This document shows, one piece after another, positions 8,699-18,261 of a DNA stretch of 64,000 nucleotides. The notes beneath the pieces were generated by a model. That model saw nothing but the letters and a program-made list of their open reading frames with translations. It did no database searches and was not told where the DNA came from. The position numbers were made by a program, and so were the translations under genes. Origin of the DNA: an uncultured virus (IMG/VR IMGVR_UViG_3300042515_002586) (taxonomy: Duplodnaviria > Heunggongvirae > Uroviricota > Caudoviricetes). Positions within the stretch are counted from its first letter, which is position 1. Each line of letters opens with the position of its first letter. The stretch lies in the IMG/VR virus record IMGVR_UViG_3300042515_002586; one strand, written 5' to 3'.

Positions 8699-10785
8699 AG
8701 TTTTATATGTTGTTTTAAAAAGTCAATAGATTGTTGAGATGTTTTTAAATTAGTACTATTAATTAATCTCAAAATTGGGTACTTATTAATAGTGTCATTC
8801 ATTACTTTATTTAGTTTAGTAACTTGTTCGGAAAGTTGCTTATCTAATGTATCAAAAGGAATATGCTTATGTATTATTCTTGAAGTGTTGTAATCATGAA
8901 TAAGATACATAGGACTTGATCTTTTGTAAACAGGAGGAAATCCTGGGCTTGGTTCTTTTAATAATTTAGATATATTTTCATACTCTCCTAAAATATCAAG
9001 AGTTTGTAAAACAGTAAAATTTTCAATAGACATATTAATTTTTAAGTAATGCCTATAAAGATCAGCTTTAAAATTAATATTTGCATTCATTAACTGATTA
9101 ATTCTTACTAACATCCAAGCTTCAAAAGAAACCCAATTAGGTTGAACATTTTCAGATTGAACTGCTATTAAAGTTGGGGCATCTTTTAACTCAAGTTTTA
9201 GCCATGAGTATAACATAAGATACTCATCATACTTATTTTCACCTAGTGTTGCTTTATTAATAGTAGTTACATAAACGAAACTATTTGGATCAGAATCAGT
9301 TTTCATGGTATCTGTAATCCATTTCTCAGATTTTCTATCACTATAAGAACAACCTTTGTATACTTTAATTTCATCGGCTGCTACTTGTAAAGAATAAGTT
9401 CTTTTACTAATACCTGTAGGAACAATTTCAGCTAAGTTTACATATTTACAACCCACAATTTCTTCGTGACTTAAAAATTCATCTATAGGTTGATCTATAG
9501 TACAAATGTAATAATACCTTTCATTTGGATTATCTCTTATCCAAGCATTAGCTCTTCTAACTACCGTTGCCTGAGAAAATGATTTATCATTTATTAAAAG
9601 AGTAGGTTCATTATCAGTTGCCAAACCATTAGCATCGTTAAAATTAGAAGCATAAGAATATTTTATTCTTAATTGACCACCAAACTTTCTAGTAAAACCA
9701 CTATACGGATGATTCATATAATGATCAACACAACCATAATTATCGCCCGTAGTTAAAAACTTGTTTACATGTTTTCTAGTTCTGTAAATAAAAAATCTTT
9801 TTTGCCAGAGTGTTTCTAACGAATTAACTTTTTCTAGTAATTTAGTATTTAACTGACCATAAGCCTTAATAAGACTGTCAGTAAGAACTTCAATAGTTTG
9901 TGTGTTATACTCTAAAGCTTCTCTACTGGCTGAAACCTGAACAGAACCAATAGGTAAATTAATTAAAATAGTCGAGCTAGAAATTGAACGTTCAATATCT
10001 TGAATTTCTTTGTTGTTTCCTAATAAGTTTAAATTAACAGGATAACAAACACTTCCTACAATAACTTTAAAACATGTGTAGTTTGAACGAGAACCTAAAA
10101 ATTTCCAGTTTTCAAAAGATACTAAAGTTGACTTCTCTAATATTTCTTTACTTGTAATAATATGATTCTTAACATCTTCATTAATGTCTGGAATTACATC
10201 AAAATTAACAAAAAACTCTTTAGCACAGTCATGAAATAATTGTATATCTTTAGGTTGAATATTAATTTTTATTTCTAAACCAGACTCTTCTTTTGAAGGT
10301 TCGGAATACAATTTAGAAATTTTACCTAAATTAGTTTCATCAATATACGCTTCATAAATTGACTTAACTCCTTCAAAATAACTAGTAATTCTAAAAGTAT
10401 TTGTATATGAGAAAGCAGACTTACAACCAATACCAAATCCACCAATCTGCTCATTAGTATCTCTCTTAGTTGACATACCATAAGAAGAAAATACATTTAG
10501 AACACCATCTTCACTTAAACCCTTACCGTAATCACGAATGGTTAAATCATTAGCAAGCCTTGTCGGAAGTTGTACAGTAAATGGCCTATCTGGAATTCCA
10601 GCATCTTTGTGAGCATCTAAAGCATTACAGCTATACTCTCTAATTAAAGCTAGTGGCTTGTTAGAATATAAATTGTTTCTAAGAATACCCATAATAAAAG
10701 GTATATTATCTTTGTCTATGTTAAAGAATGATTCTGCCATAATACCAGCAGATTCTGTTTTGAGATTTGTTTCAATTAATTTCAT
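8695..10785 (-). CDS. rIIA: rIIA-like protein with N-terminal GHKL ATPase
   Basis: LYSNK..IREYSCNALDA, DYGKGL, STK, GGFGIGCKS and SREAL motifs. Confidence 0.85.
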   Translation of the reverse strand: MKLIETNLKTESAGIMAESFFNIDKDNIPFIMGILRNNLYSNKPLALIREYSCNALDAHKDAGIPDRPFTVQLPTRLANDLTIRDYGKGLSEDGVLNVFSSYGMSTKRDTNEQIGGFGIGCKSAFSYTNTFRITSYFEGVKSIYEAYIDETNLGKISKLYSEPSKEESGLEIKINIQPKDIQLFHDCAKEFFVNFDVIPDINEDVKNHIITSKEILEKSTLVSFENWKFLGSRSNYTCFKVIVGSVCYPVNLNLLGNNKEIQDIERSISSSTILINLPIGSVQVSASREALEYNTQTIEVLTDSLIKAYGQLNTKLLEKVNSLETLWQKRFFIYRTRKHVNKFLTTGDNYGCVDHYMNHPYSGFTRKFGGQLRIKYSYASNFNDANGLATDNEPTLLINDKSFSQATVVRRANAWIRDNPNERYYYICTIDQPIDEFLSHEEIVGCKYVNLAEIVPTGISKRTYSLQVAADEIKVYKGCSYSDRKSEKWITDTMKTDSDPNSFVYVTTINKATLGENKYDEYLMLYSWLKLELKDAPTLIAVQSENVQPNWVSFEAWMLVRINQLMNANINFKADLYRHYLKINMSIENFTVLQTLDILGEYENISKLLKEPSPGFPPVYKRSSPMYLIHDYNTSRIIHKHIPFDTLDKQLSEQVTKLNKVMNDTINKYPILRLINSTNLKTSQQSIDFLKQHIKL

Positions 10786-10957
10786 TGTAATTTAAGTCTA
10801 GAATATCGGTGTTAATGTTATAATAATAACAAAGAGATTGAGCAACCCAATCAGAAAAGTGAATTCGAATATATCCTTCTACGTAAAGAATAGATAAATT
10901 ACACAAGTAATTTTCAGAGTATAAGTATATTTTGCCTTTAGTAAAACTAGATTTCAT
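10772..10957 (-). CDS. Dispersed member of the microprotein family
   Basis: 61 aa, YYYNINTD motif. Confidence 0.55.
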   Translation of the reverse strand: MKSSFTKGKIYLYSENYLCNLSILYVEGYIRIHFSDWVAQSLCYYYNINTDILDLNYNEIN

Positions 10958-10963
10958 TTTGAG

Positions 10964-11134
10964 TTAGTTTAAAATATTTGTTTCTTTGCTAAAAGTACAT
11001 CCCCAAGCTGATGAACTATAATATTTAAAATTTACTTCACTATCATACAAAAATTGAACCACAAAATTATGGTGGGGAAAACCTATTTTGTAAGAGTACT
11101 GATTAAAGTTAATATCCCAATATTCAAATTTCAT
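10964..11134 (-). CDS. Microprotein family member, not in ORF track (56 aa)
   Basis: Translated by hand: MKFEYWDINFNQYSYKIGFPHHNFVVQFLYDSEVNFKYYSSSAWGCTFSKETNILN. Confidence 0.55.
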   Translation of the reverse strand: MKFEYWDINFNQYSYKIGFPHHNFVVQFLYDSEVNFKYYSSSAWGCTFSKETNILN

Positions 11135-11143
11135 TAAGTTTCA

Positions 11144-11731
11144 TTATTTTAAAGGTTTTAATGCTATATTAGAATCAAGTAATGTTTTCCAACTTGTCCA
11201 AGTAATTGCCTGTAAGTCTCTTGGTGAATACCCAATCTTCTTTGCTACGTGTTTATAGCTATCAACAATTAGATTATACCTTGCTTTACTAGACCATATC
11301 TTAGTTTTAAATTCAGGACTAGCGATGCCCCTATTGACTAGATTAATTACATGAGTATCTACACAAACAACATCTTTATTTCCTATAATAGACTCATAGA
11401 AATTTAGTACCTTTAATCCTTTTGATACAGTATGTATATCTTGACCCTCAAGTATTTGCTTACATTGATTTATTGTTGATTGAGATAAGAACCTAGAATA
11501 GTTAACAGCAAACATCTCATCAGTTATTTGCTTATTTCTTTCCCAAGCTTGTTGTGGGGAAGTGACAGCTAAAACAGCTGCCACAACCTTAGAATCTTTA
11601 TTATATTTGTTTGCAATTTCAGTGCAGAAAGAGTAAGCATTATCATACCACTCTAAACCATTACGAATATCTTCTTCTTTAGTATTTTTGATTAGTTGAT
11701 TTATATTTCGTATGTATTTAGTTTTTGTCAT
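11144..11731 (-). CDS. HhH-GPD/DNA glycosylase-like fold phage protein (DUF7178-like)
   Basis: WY, AVTSPQQAWERN, KVLNFY, VCVDTHV and LQAITW motifs. Confidence 0.6.
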   Translation of the reverse strand: MTKTKYIRNINQLIKNTKEEDIRNGLEWYDNAYSFCTEIANKYNKDSKVVAAVLAVTSPQQAWERNKQITDEMFAVNYSRFLSQSTINQCKQILEGQDIHTVSKGLKVLNFYESIIGNKDVVCVDTHVINLVNRGIASPEFKTKIWSSKARYNLIVDSYKHVAKKIGYSPRDLQAITWTSWKTLLDSNIALKPLK

Positions 11732-11752
11732 TTATTATTTTGTTTTATTAAA

Positions 11753-14032
11753 TCAGAGCGTACAAGCTCCGCCAGCGCAGTTACTTTCTTCTTCAGCGTA
11801 ACCAAAAGAACTTTCTGAAGAAGTGTTTAAATAATACAATGATGGAATACCCATCTTGTATGCATACAGTGTGTCGCCAATTAGTTCCTTATCTGGAAGT
11901 AATCCATTTGGATAATCTCTATAATTATAATAAAGATTAGTAGATACTCCCATATCCAGAAACTTAACTTGAGCAGCAACAATGTTTAGAATAGCTTTGT
12001 TATTCTTAATATCAAAAGCTGTTTGATAGTTCTTCTTTAACTTAGCATAACTAGGAACTAAGATAGGAATGGTACCAGCTTTAGATTTCTTATAGCTTAA
12101 TAATTCTCTTGGTGGTTCAATACCATTAGTACTATTAGTTATAACTGAAGATGATTCCACTGGCATTTGTGCAGAAAGAGTACAATTTCTAAGTCCAAAC
12201 TCAGCTATATCCTTTCTAAGCTTTTCCCAATCCATTTGTAAAGGTTGAGTTATAACACTATCAATAGTTTTCTTATAAGTATCAATAGGTAAAATACCCT
12301 TTGAATACTTACTTGTACTAAATGCAGCACAAGGTCCTTTCAGTTCAGCTAATTTGTTTGATGCTTTAAGTAAGAAGTATTGTTGTTTTTCATGGAAAGC
12401 AGCAGCAAAGTTTGGTGCTTCTTCATCAGTAAACTTAACCCCATTCTTAGCCATATATGCTGCCCAGTTAGTTACACCAATACCTAAGCTTCTATAATCT
12501 TGAGCAAATCTACTAGCAGCTGGTAAGAAGTAATCTTGTAAATCAAGAACTTCATCTAAGAAAGCAACAGTCATGTAACAAGCATGTTCATGTTCTCTAT
12601 CATTCTTAATTAAGAATGGGTTTATTGCACTTAAAGTACAAATACCAATCAAACCTTCTGGGTCTTCTAAAGATTTTAAAGGCACTGTAGGAGTGAAAAT
12701 TTCAATACATAGATTACTTTGAGTAACTGTATCTGCCCAAGCACCATGAGAATTAGCATGATCAATATGGAAAATATAAATCCTTCCAGTTTCAACACGC
12801 TCTTTCATTATGTGTGTAAATAATGAAGCAGCTGAAATAGTTTTCTTATACTTAGTAAGTTTAGGATTACTTTCATACTTTAAATAGATCTCATCAAACT
12901 TTGGAGTTCCAAAAGCTTCATATAAGTCTGGTACTTCTTGAGGAGAGAATAAAGTAATATCCTCACCCTTTAAGAATCTACCATAAAATAAAGAATCTAC
13001 ACAAATACCATAGTCTAAAGAACGAACTCTATTATCCTCAGTGCCACCATTATTCTTTAATGATAACATATCTTCCGATTCTAAATGCCACCAAGGGAAA
13101 TAAACAGTTGCTCCTCCGCCTCTTAAACCATTTTGCTGGCAAGACTTTGCAGTTGCTTGGTACATCTTTAAATAAGGAATAACTCCTGTATGAAGCAGTG
13201 CGCCATTCTTTACTGATGAACCAATAGCTCTAATTCTTCCAATATCTAAACCAATACCATATCTAGCACAAGTAGCTAATCCAATAGCTGTATTTGTAGC
13301 AAAAATACTTTCCTTAGTATCATCAGTTTGAATTAACATACAGGAGGCATAAGATCTAAGAGGTGTTCTAATACCTGCCATTTGTGGTGTAGGTAAGTTA
13401 ACCTTATGCTGAGAAAAAAGATCATACATGTTCTTAACAAATACTAATCTAGTTTCTTTCGGATACTTAGAAAAACCCACCATTGCAATTAACATATATG
13501 CAAATTGTGGTGTTTCAAAAATTTCCTTTGACTCTCTATCTTGAACTAGATACTTATCTACTAATTGCTTAATACCAGCATAAGTAAAAATAAAGTCCCT
13601 ATCATGTTCAATATAACCCTCAAGCTCTCTAATTTCTTCCTCAGTATACTCTTCTAGTATTCTCTTATCATACAAATTTAGATTAACTAATTTTGAAATA
13701 TGATCAAAAAATTTAGGTGGTTCTGTACCACCCCATACGTTCTTTCTTAAACTAAAATTCAGTAACCTTGAAGCTACATACTGATAATTAGGATACTCTT
13801 CAGAGAAGCAATTTAATGCTGCCTTAATTAAAATTTCATGAACATCAGAAGTTTTAGTTTTATCTGAAATACTAATTTGCGCGTTAATAACAATATCGGA
13901 AAGGCTAACGTTATCTACGTTATCTGTAGCCCATTTTAAGATATTATTAATCTTTTCAATATCAAATTCTTGTAATGTATTGTCTCTTTTTATTACTCTT
14001 ATACTTTTCGTTGACATAAATAAATCTCTCAT
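11753..14032 (-). CDS. nrdA: Ribonucleotide reductase class Ia alpha subunit with ATP cone
   Basis: VIKRD ATP cone, ASC, SNLCIEI catalytic motif, SLYY and C-terminal CAGGAC; true start may be ATG at 14017. Confidence 0.95.
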   Translation of the reverse strand: MRDLFMSTKSIRVIKRDNTLQEFDIEKINNILKWATDNVDNVSLSDIVINAQISISDKTKTSDVHEILIKAALNCFSEEYPNYQYVASRLLNFSLRKNVWGGTEPPKFFDHISKLVNLNLYDKRILEEYTEEEIRELEGYIEHDRDFIFTYAGIKQLVDKYLVQDRESKEIFETPQFAYMLIAMVGFSKYPKETRLVFVKNMYDLFSQHKVNLPTPQMAGIRTPLRSYASCMLIQTDDTKESIFATNTAIGLATCARYGIGLDIGRIRAIGSSVKNGALLHTGVIPYLKMYQATAKSCQQNGLRGGGATVYFPWWHLESEDMLSLKNNGGTEDNRVRSLDYGICVDSLFYGRFLKGEDITLFSPQEVPDLYEAFGTPKFDEIYLKYESNPKLTKYKKTISAASLFTHIMKERVETGRIYIFHIDHANSHGAWADTVTQSNLCIEIFTPTVPLKSLEDPEGLIGICTLSAINPFLIKNDREHEHACYMTVAFLDEVLDLQDYFLPAASRFAQDYRSLGIGVTNWAAYMAKNGVKFTDEEAPNFAAAFHEKQQYFLLKASNKLAELKGPCAAFSTSKYSKGILPIDTYKKTIDSVITQPLQMDWEKLRKDIAEFGLRNCTLSAQMPVESSSVITNSTNGIEPPRELLSYKKSKAGTIPILVPSYAKLKKNYQTAFDIKNNKAILNIVAAQVKFLDMGVSTNLYYNYRDYPNGLLPDKELIGDTLYAYKMGIPSLYYLNTSSESSFGYAEEESNCAGGACTL

Positions 14033-14081
14033 TACAAACTACATATGGTACGATAAAGTTTGTACCATATGTAATTTGTAA
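14032..14081. promoter_or_regulatory. 20-bp inverted repeat upstream of nrdA with NrdR-box-like arms
   Basis: ttacaaactacatatggtac-N10-gtaccatatgtaatttgtaa with one mismatch. Confidence 0.55.
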
Positions 14082-14096
14082 GACATATAGAGAAGT

Positions 14097-14513
14097 TTAG
14101 TTTTCAGGAACAACTACCAGTTTTATAATAACTGGAGCAGTTTTTGAAGAAGATTTTATTACATCAACAATGGCACCGTAATTCTTAGTTAACAGGCCTT
14201 GTTTGATTATTCGAGTGGCTAAACCCTTAGAAACTATATTATCTGATTCTGAACAATTATTGCACATAAAAGTCTGTGTACTTACAGCATGCCAACAATG
14301 TCCACAAGTTAAGCCTTGGTTAGGAATGAATCCTATTTGAGTATCTTTAACAAAGACCTTAATAGCGTCTTCGTCATATTGATTTTTTGGGTCAGGAACA
14401 AGTTCCACAATATCTCCTTTTTGTAGGCTTAAACAAAACTCGTAACCTTGTTTTATATAAGTTGTTCCTACAACAGGAGTTCGTATCTCAATAACCTTTC
14501 CTATATTAGTCAT
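14097..14513 (-). CDS. HIRAN-domain protein with inserted zinc ribbon
   Basis: VVGTTY, LVPDPKNQYDEDAIKV and IGFIP HIRAN motifs; CGHC...CNNC insertion. Confidence 0.8.
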   Translation of the reverse strand: MTNIGKVIEIRTPVVGTTYIKQGYEFCLSLQKGDIVELVPDPKNQYDEDAIKVFVKDTQIGFIPNQGLTCGHCWHAVSTQTFMCNNCSESDNIVSKGLATRIIKQGLLTKNYGAIVDVIKSSSKTAPVIIKLVVVPEN

Positions 14514-14920
14514 TAATCAGCAAATGGATCATAGTCATCAATAGTAGCAGCAGAAGCTGGTTTTGCTTTAGCAGCAGCACCAACTAATGTTACACTGTCA
14601 GCAGCTACTTTACCTTGAGGGAATTGAAACTCTGTAACATTACAGTCTAAACTAGTCTTAATTCCTTTACCATCACCAGCATCATATGTTCTAACTTCTA
14701 AAGTTCCAAACACAATGATTCCATCACCTTTAGAGAAGTTGTTTTGAACTGCTTCTCCTCTCTTACCCCACAAATTACATGTGACATAAGTTGCAGAACT
14801 TTCTCCATCACCTTTTGTGTAGTTATTTGAAGCCACTGAAAACTTTGTAACTGTACTATTACCTACAGTCTTTGTTTCAGGGTCTCTTGTTAATCTACCA
14901 ATTACAGTTGCTTGTATCAT
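14513..14920 (-). CDS. ssb: Single-stranded DNA-binding protein (bacterial type)
   Basis: IGRLTRDPE, FSVA, WGKRGE, KGD and acidic tail DDYDPFAD. Confidence 0.95.
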   Translation of the reverse strand: MIQATVIGRLTRDPETKTVGNSTVTKFSVASNNYTKGDGESSATYVTCNLWGKRGEAVQNNFSKGDGIIVFGTLEVRTYDAGDGKGIKTSLDCNVTEFQFPQGKVAADSVTLVGAAAKAKPASAATIDDYDPFAD

Positions 14921-14925
14921 TTATA

Positions 14926-16065
14926 TTATTTTTCTCCGACGTTTGAAGTATTAACTTCTTCTTTTAATAGATCTTCTGAAATAGGAATTTCAGCTATGTC
15001 TAATAAATCTTTTTCTTCTTCTGGTTGTGCTTTTTGAAGATGTTCAATCTGTTCTTTAATCTTATTCTTTACATTAAGATCAGACTTAATTAAAGATCTT
15101 ACAGCAGCAATACCATCTTCTACGGTTATTGTTTCTTCTTGTACGGTAATTTCATGTAGTTTACCTTTAATCTTTTTAACAATACCAAGTTCCATAGCTT
15201 GAGCAATAACCTTTTCAGAATCATTAACTCCGCTACCATACAGTACATCGTAACTAAAATTACCTAGCCTACCTAGAATATTATTCTTAGTTACTTCACA
15301 TTCTACAGTATGGCCTTTATCTCTATCAACTCCATCTGTTCTTTTCTTAAGCATCTTAATAGCAACTTTTGAAAAGAACTCTACAGCCATACCACCACTC
15401 ATTTTCTTAGGCGCACCGTAAGCATTGATGTCTACACGCATTTGTGCAACGTTGAGTAGTATACAACCCTCTCTAAGCATACCACGTCCAGAAAGCTCTT
15501 CTAGCCACTTAGAAAGCATAGCTGCTCTACGACCCATTGTATGACCTTCAGAACCTTTTTCTTCAGTACTATTAACCTGAGCTTTAGGAATCAAACCATT
15601 AAGTGAGTCAACAACAACCAGATCAACAATTTGCCTAGTAATCCTATTATCACTATCAAAAAGTAGTTCCCTAATAACGTCAAGGATTTGCTCACCATAA
15701 TCCCTACAGTCAATAAGGATTAGATTATCTAAATCTACTCCAATCATAGTAGCAACTAGATATGGGAATGGAGGTTCTGCATTTACCCAAACAGCAGTAC
15801 CACCTCTTGCTTGAACTTCTTTTACAAGCATTAGTGCAGCAGAAGACTTACCACCACCTGGATCACCAAACAAAGTAGTAATAGCACCATGAGGTATGCC
15901 ACCACCTAATGCTGTATCTAGCTCATGAATACCAGTAGTTTGAAATTTTGGTTTTAGGTGTTCTTTTACATCTTCACCTCTTACAATAATAGGTTTACTG
16001 TGAGGTGATCCCTTCAGAAACTTTTTATTAATCTTACCTATAATGTTATTTAATTCACTTGACAT
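14926..16065 (-). CDS. recA: RecA/UvsX-like recombinase
   Basis: TGIHELDTALGGGIP, Walker A GDPGGGKS, VVVDS, SGG and KN motifs. Confidence 0.9.
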   Translation of the reverse strand: MSSELNNIIGKINKKFLKGSPHSKPIIVRGEDVKEHLKPKFQTTGIHELDTALGGGIPHGAITTLFGDPGGGKSSAALMLVKEVQARGGTAVWVNAEPPFPYLVATMIGVDLDNLILIDCRDYGEQILDVIRELLFDSDNRITRQIVDLVVVDSLNGLIPKAQVNSTEEKGSEGHTMGRRAAMLSKWLEELSGRGMLREGCILLNVAQMRVDINAYGAPKKMSGGMAVEFFSKVAIKMLKKRTDGVDRDKGHTVECEVTKNNILGRLGNFSYDVLYGSGVNDSEKVIAQAMELGIVKKIKGKLHEITVQEETITVEDGIAAVRSLIKSDLNVKNKIKEQIEHLQKAQPEEEKDLLDIAEIPISEDLLKEEVNTSNVGEK

Positions 16066-16077
16066 ATAATTTTTATG

Positions 16078-18261
16078 CTATTTAGACCAGCAAGGTCCTA
16101 CTACGAGAGAACATTCTATAGGGCAAGTATGGTTAATTGCTCTACTACCAGATTCTACCAATGTATCTATAACTATCTTTGTTGTATCTTCAACTATTTC
16201 ATCTTTTGCTTCTACGCAAACTTCGTCATGAACGTTTAAAAGAACTACAGGAGCAAGTCCAAATATATTAAAGTAGTTTTCATCGTGCTTAGTTGGAAAT
16301 TCAATTGGATGTTCTTTTATAAAGTTTAAAGAAAATTCCATATCAAATCTTTCTTCAAATACTTCATCCATTAAAGGAATAGCAAGTTTCAAAGCATCAG
16401 CATTACTAGATTGGAAATGCCAGTTTACTGCTTCTCTTCTTGCGTCTGCAAGAGCTTTTTCATACATAGAGGTTTTATACTTAGGAGGTAAAGCAAACCA
16501 TCTCTTTCTACCTAATGTATTAACTACATAACCAGGTCTAGTAACAGACTCATGAACACTCTTAATAAAGTTCTCAACTTTAGGAAGTTCTTTATAGAAT
16601 GTTTTTTTGTGTTCTCCAACTTCTCTTAAACTAATGTGAGTAATACCTTCTCCCAATAGTTGTTGTAAGATTGTACCTTCTCCAGACCCATAAAGTAATG
16701 CATAACCTAATTGCTTAGAAATCTTTCTTTCTTCATCAGTAACATCTTTAACATTTTTATTAAAGATCAGAGCAGCATTCATTTTATGAATGTCTAGTGT
16801 TCCAAAATGAATTAAGAATTCTTTATCACCAGGTGCAACTTGTATCTTACCTTTGTTAAGATCTTTAACACAAGCATCTGGATCAATATACCCATATTTT
16901 AAACTTATTGATCTTGCTTCATCAATAACTTTGGCTCTCTCAACAAAAACACTTAATAAGTATTCTTCTTGAACTAAACCAGCACATGCTCTAAATTCAA
17001 ACTGAGAATAGTCAGCAGTAATTAGACTATAACCAGGCCTAGCAATGAACGCATTTCGAACTTGTGGCGGCTTATTTTGACTATTGGGGCTACTGCTCAA
17101 ACGCCCAGTAGATGCTGCTCCGTTTGGAAAGTAGTTAGTATGGAAGCAATTAGTAGTTGGATTAATTTCCTCATCCAACATCTTATTTATAGTTTTAATA
17201 TATCTTGTATAGATATTAGCATGTTCTATAAATAAGTCAATTACTCTGTGAGGATAGTTGACTCTAACTTCTTCTAATACCTCAACTCCAGTACCTTTAA
17301 CTTTAATACCAACAGCATTTAAAAAAGCAACTTTTTGTTTGGGACTGTTTGCATTAAATAACCCATTTTTTACTTCTTTCGGTTTAATTGCTGGATCCAA
17401 ATTATCAAAAATATCTTGAAGTTCAGTATTTATAGAATGAATCTTATTTAGCTGTTCTTCTCTAATAGATTCAAGTAAAGGAGTATCCATGTATATACCT
17501 CTAAACTCACTCTTAAGAAGAGAGTTTAACATAGGTAAATCTTCATGTTCCCAAACCCAATCTAATCCAGTATTCTTAAATCTTTTCTGGATTATTTCTG
17601 GGAGTTTATGTACTGCCATTGTGTCAACAGCAGCATAACTTATTTGCTCATTTGTAAACTCTTGTTCAACAGGTTGACCTACAAACGATGTTTGTAGTTC
17701 TTTATCTAAGTTATACGGTAATAAATTTTTAGATATGTTACCTAAGTTAAATAACTTACCTGGCCAAGTACCTGCCCAACCTAATTGACAAGCTGTTAAA
17801 GTATCAAAACCAATATTAATTCTCTTACCATACTTAGCAAGTAAAAACTTAGCATCAAACTTTGTAGCTTGATTGTTAATAGGAATGGTTTCAAGAACTT
17901 CTAACCACTTAAAGTAAGAAGCATCACTTCCAGTACTATCCTTCTTACCCCATAAGAAGTAAGGAGACCAAACTACAGCATTAGAGCCATTCCAACTAAC
18001 AGATATTAAAAGAATTTGATTATTAATATAATCCAAACTCTGAGTTTCTAAGTCACATGTTAAATAAAAGTTTTTATTAGACTCATAAGTTTTTAAAAAT
18101 GAGTCTAGTAATTTATATAATTTTTCCTGGTCTTGTTCACCTTCTAAGTAAACATACTTACCAATAAACTTACCATCTAAGTCTCTACTAATTCCAGCCG
18201 CGTATGGTTTCTTCTCAGATTTATTACTTTCTCTAATACCTTCAAACTTTACTTTTGCCAT
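16078..18261 (-). CDS. polA: DNA polymerase family A with 3'-5' exonuclease
   Basis: Exo motifs DLETQ, KFD, YAAVD; polymerase motifs TGRLSS, ADYSQFEFR, RKISKQLGYALLYG, VHDE. Confidence 0.95.
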   Translation of the reverse strand: MAKVKFEGIRESNKSEKKPYAAGISRDLDGKFIGKYVYLEGEQDQEKLYKLLDSFLKTYESNKNFYLTCDLETQSLDYINNQILLISVSWNGSNAVVWSPYFLWGKKDSTGSDASYFKWLEVLETIPINNQATKFDAKFLLAKYGKRINIGFDTLTACQLGWAGTWPGKLFNLGNISKNLLPYNLDKELQTSFVGQPVEQEFTNEQISYAAVDTMAVHKLPEIIQKRFKNTGLDWVWEHEDLPMLNSLLKSEFRGIYMDTPLLESIREEQLNKIHSINTELQDIFDNLDPAIKPKEVKNGLFNANSPKQKVAFLNAVGIKVKGTGVEVLEEVRVNYPHRVIDLFIEHANIYTRYIKTINKMLDEEINPTTNCFHTNYFPNGAASTGRLSSSPNSQNKPPQVRNAFIARPGYSLITADYSQFEFRACAGLVQEEYLLSVFVERAKVIDEARSISLKYGYIDPDACVKDLNKGKIQVAPGDKEFLIHFGTLDIHKMNAALIFNKNVKDVTDEERKISKQLGYALLYGSGEGTILQQLLGEGITHISLREVGEHKKTFYKELPKVENFIKSVHESVTRPGYVVNTLGRKRWFALPPKYKTSMYEKALADARREAVNWHFQSSNADALKLAIPLMDEVFEERFDMEFSLNFIKEHPIEFPTKHDENYFNIFGLAPVVLLNVHDEVCVEAKDEIVEDTTKIVIDTLVESGSRAINHTCPIECSLVVGPCWSK

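Noticed and set aside
11753..18261. Inteins or introns in nrdA, recA or polA
   Set aside because: Lengths are ordinary, frames are continuous, and no intein splice or homing-endonuclease motifs are seen
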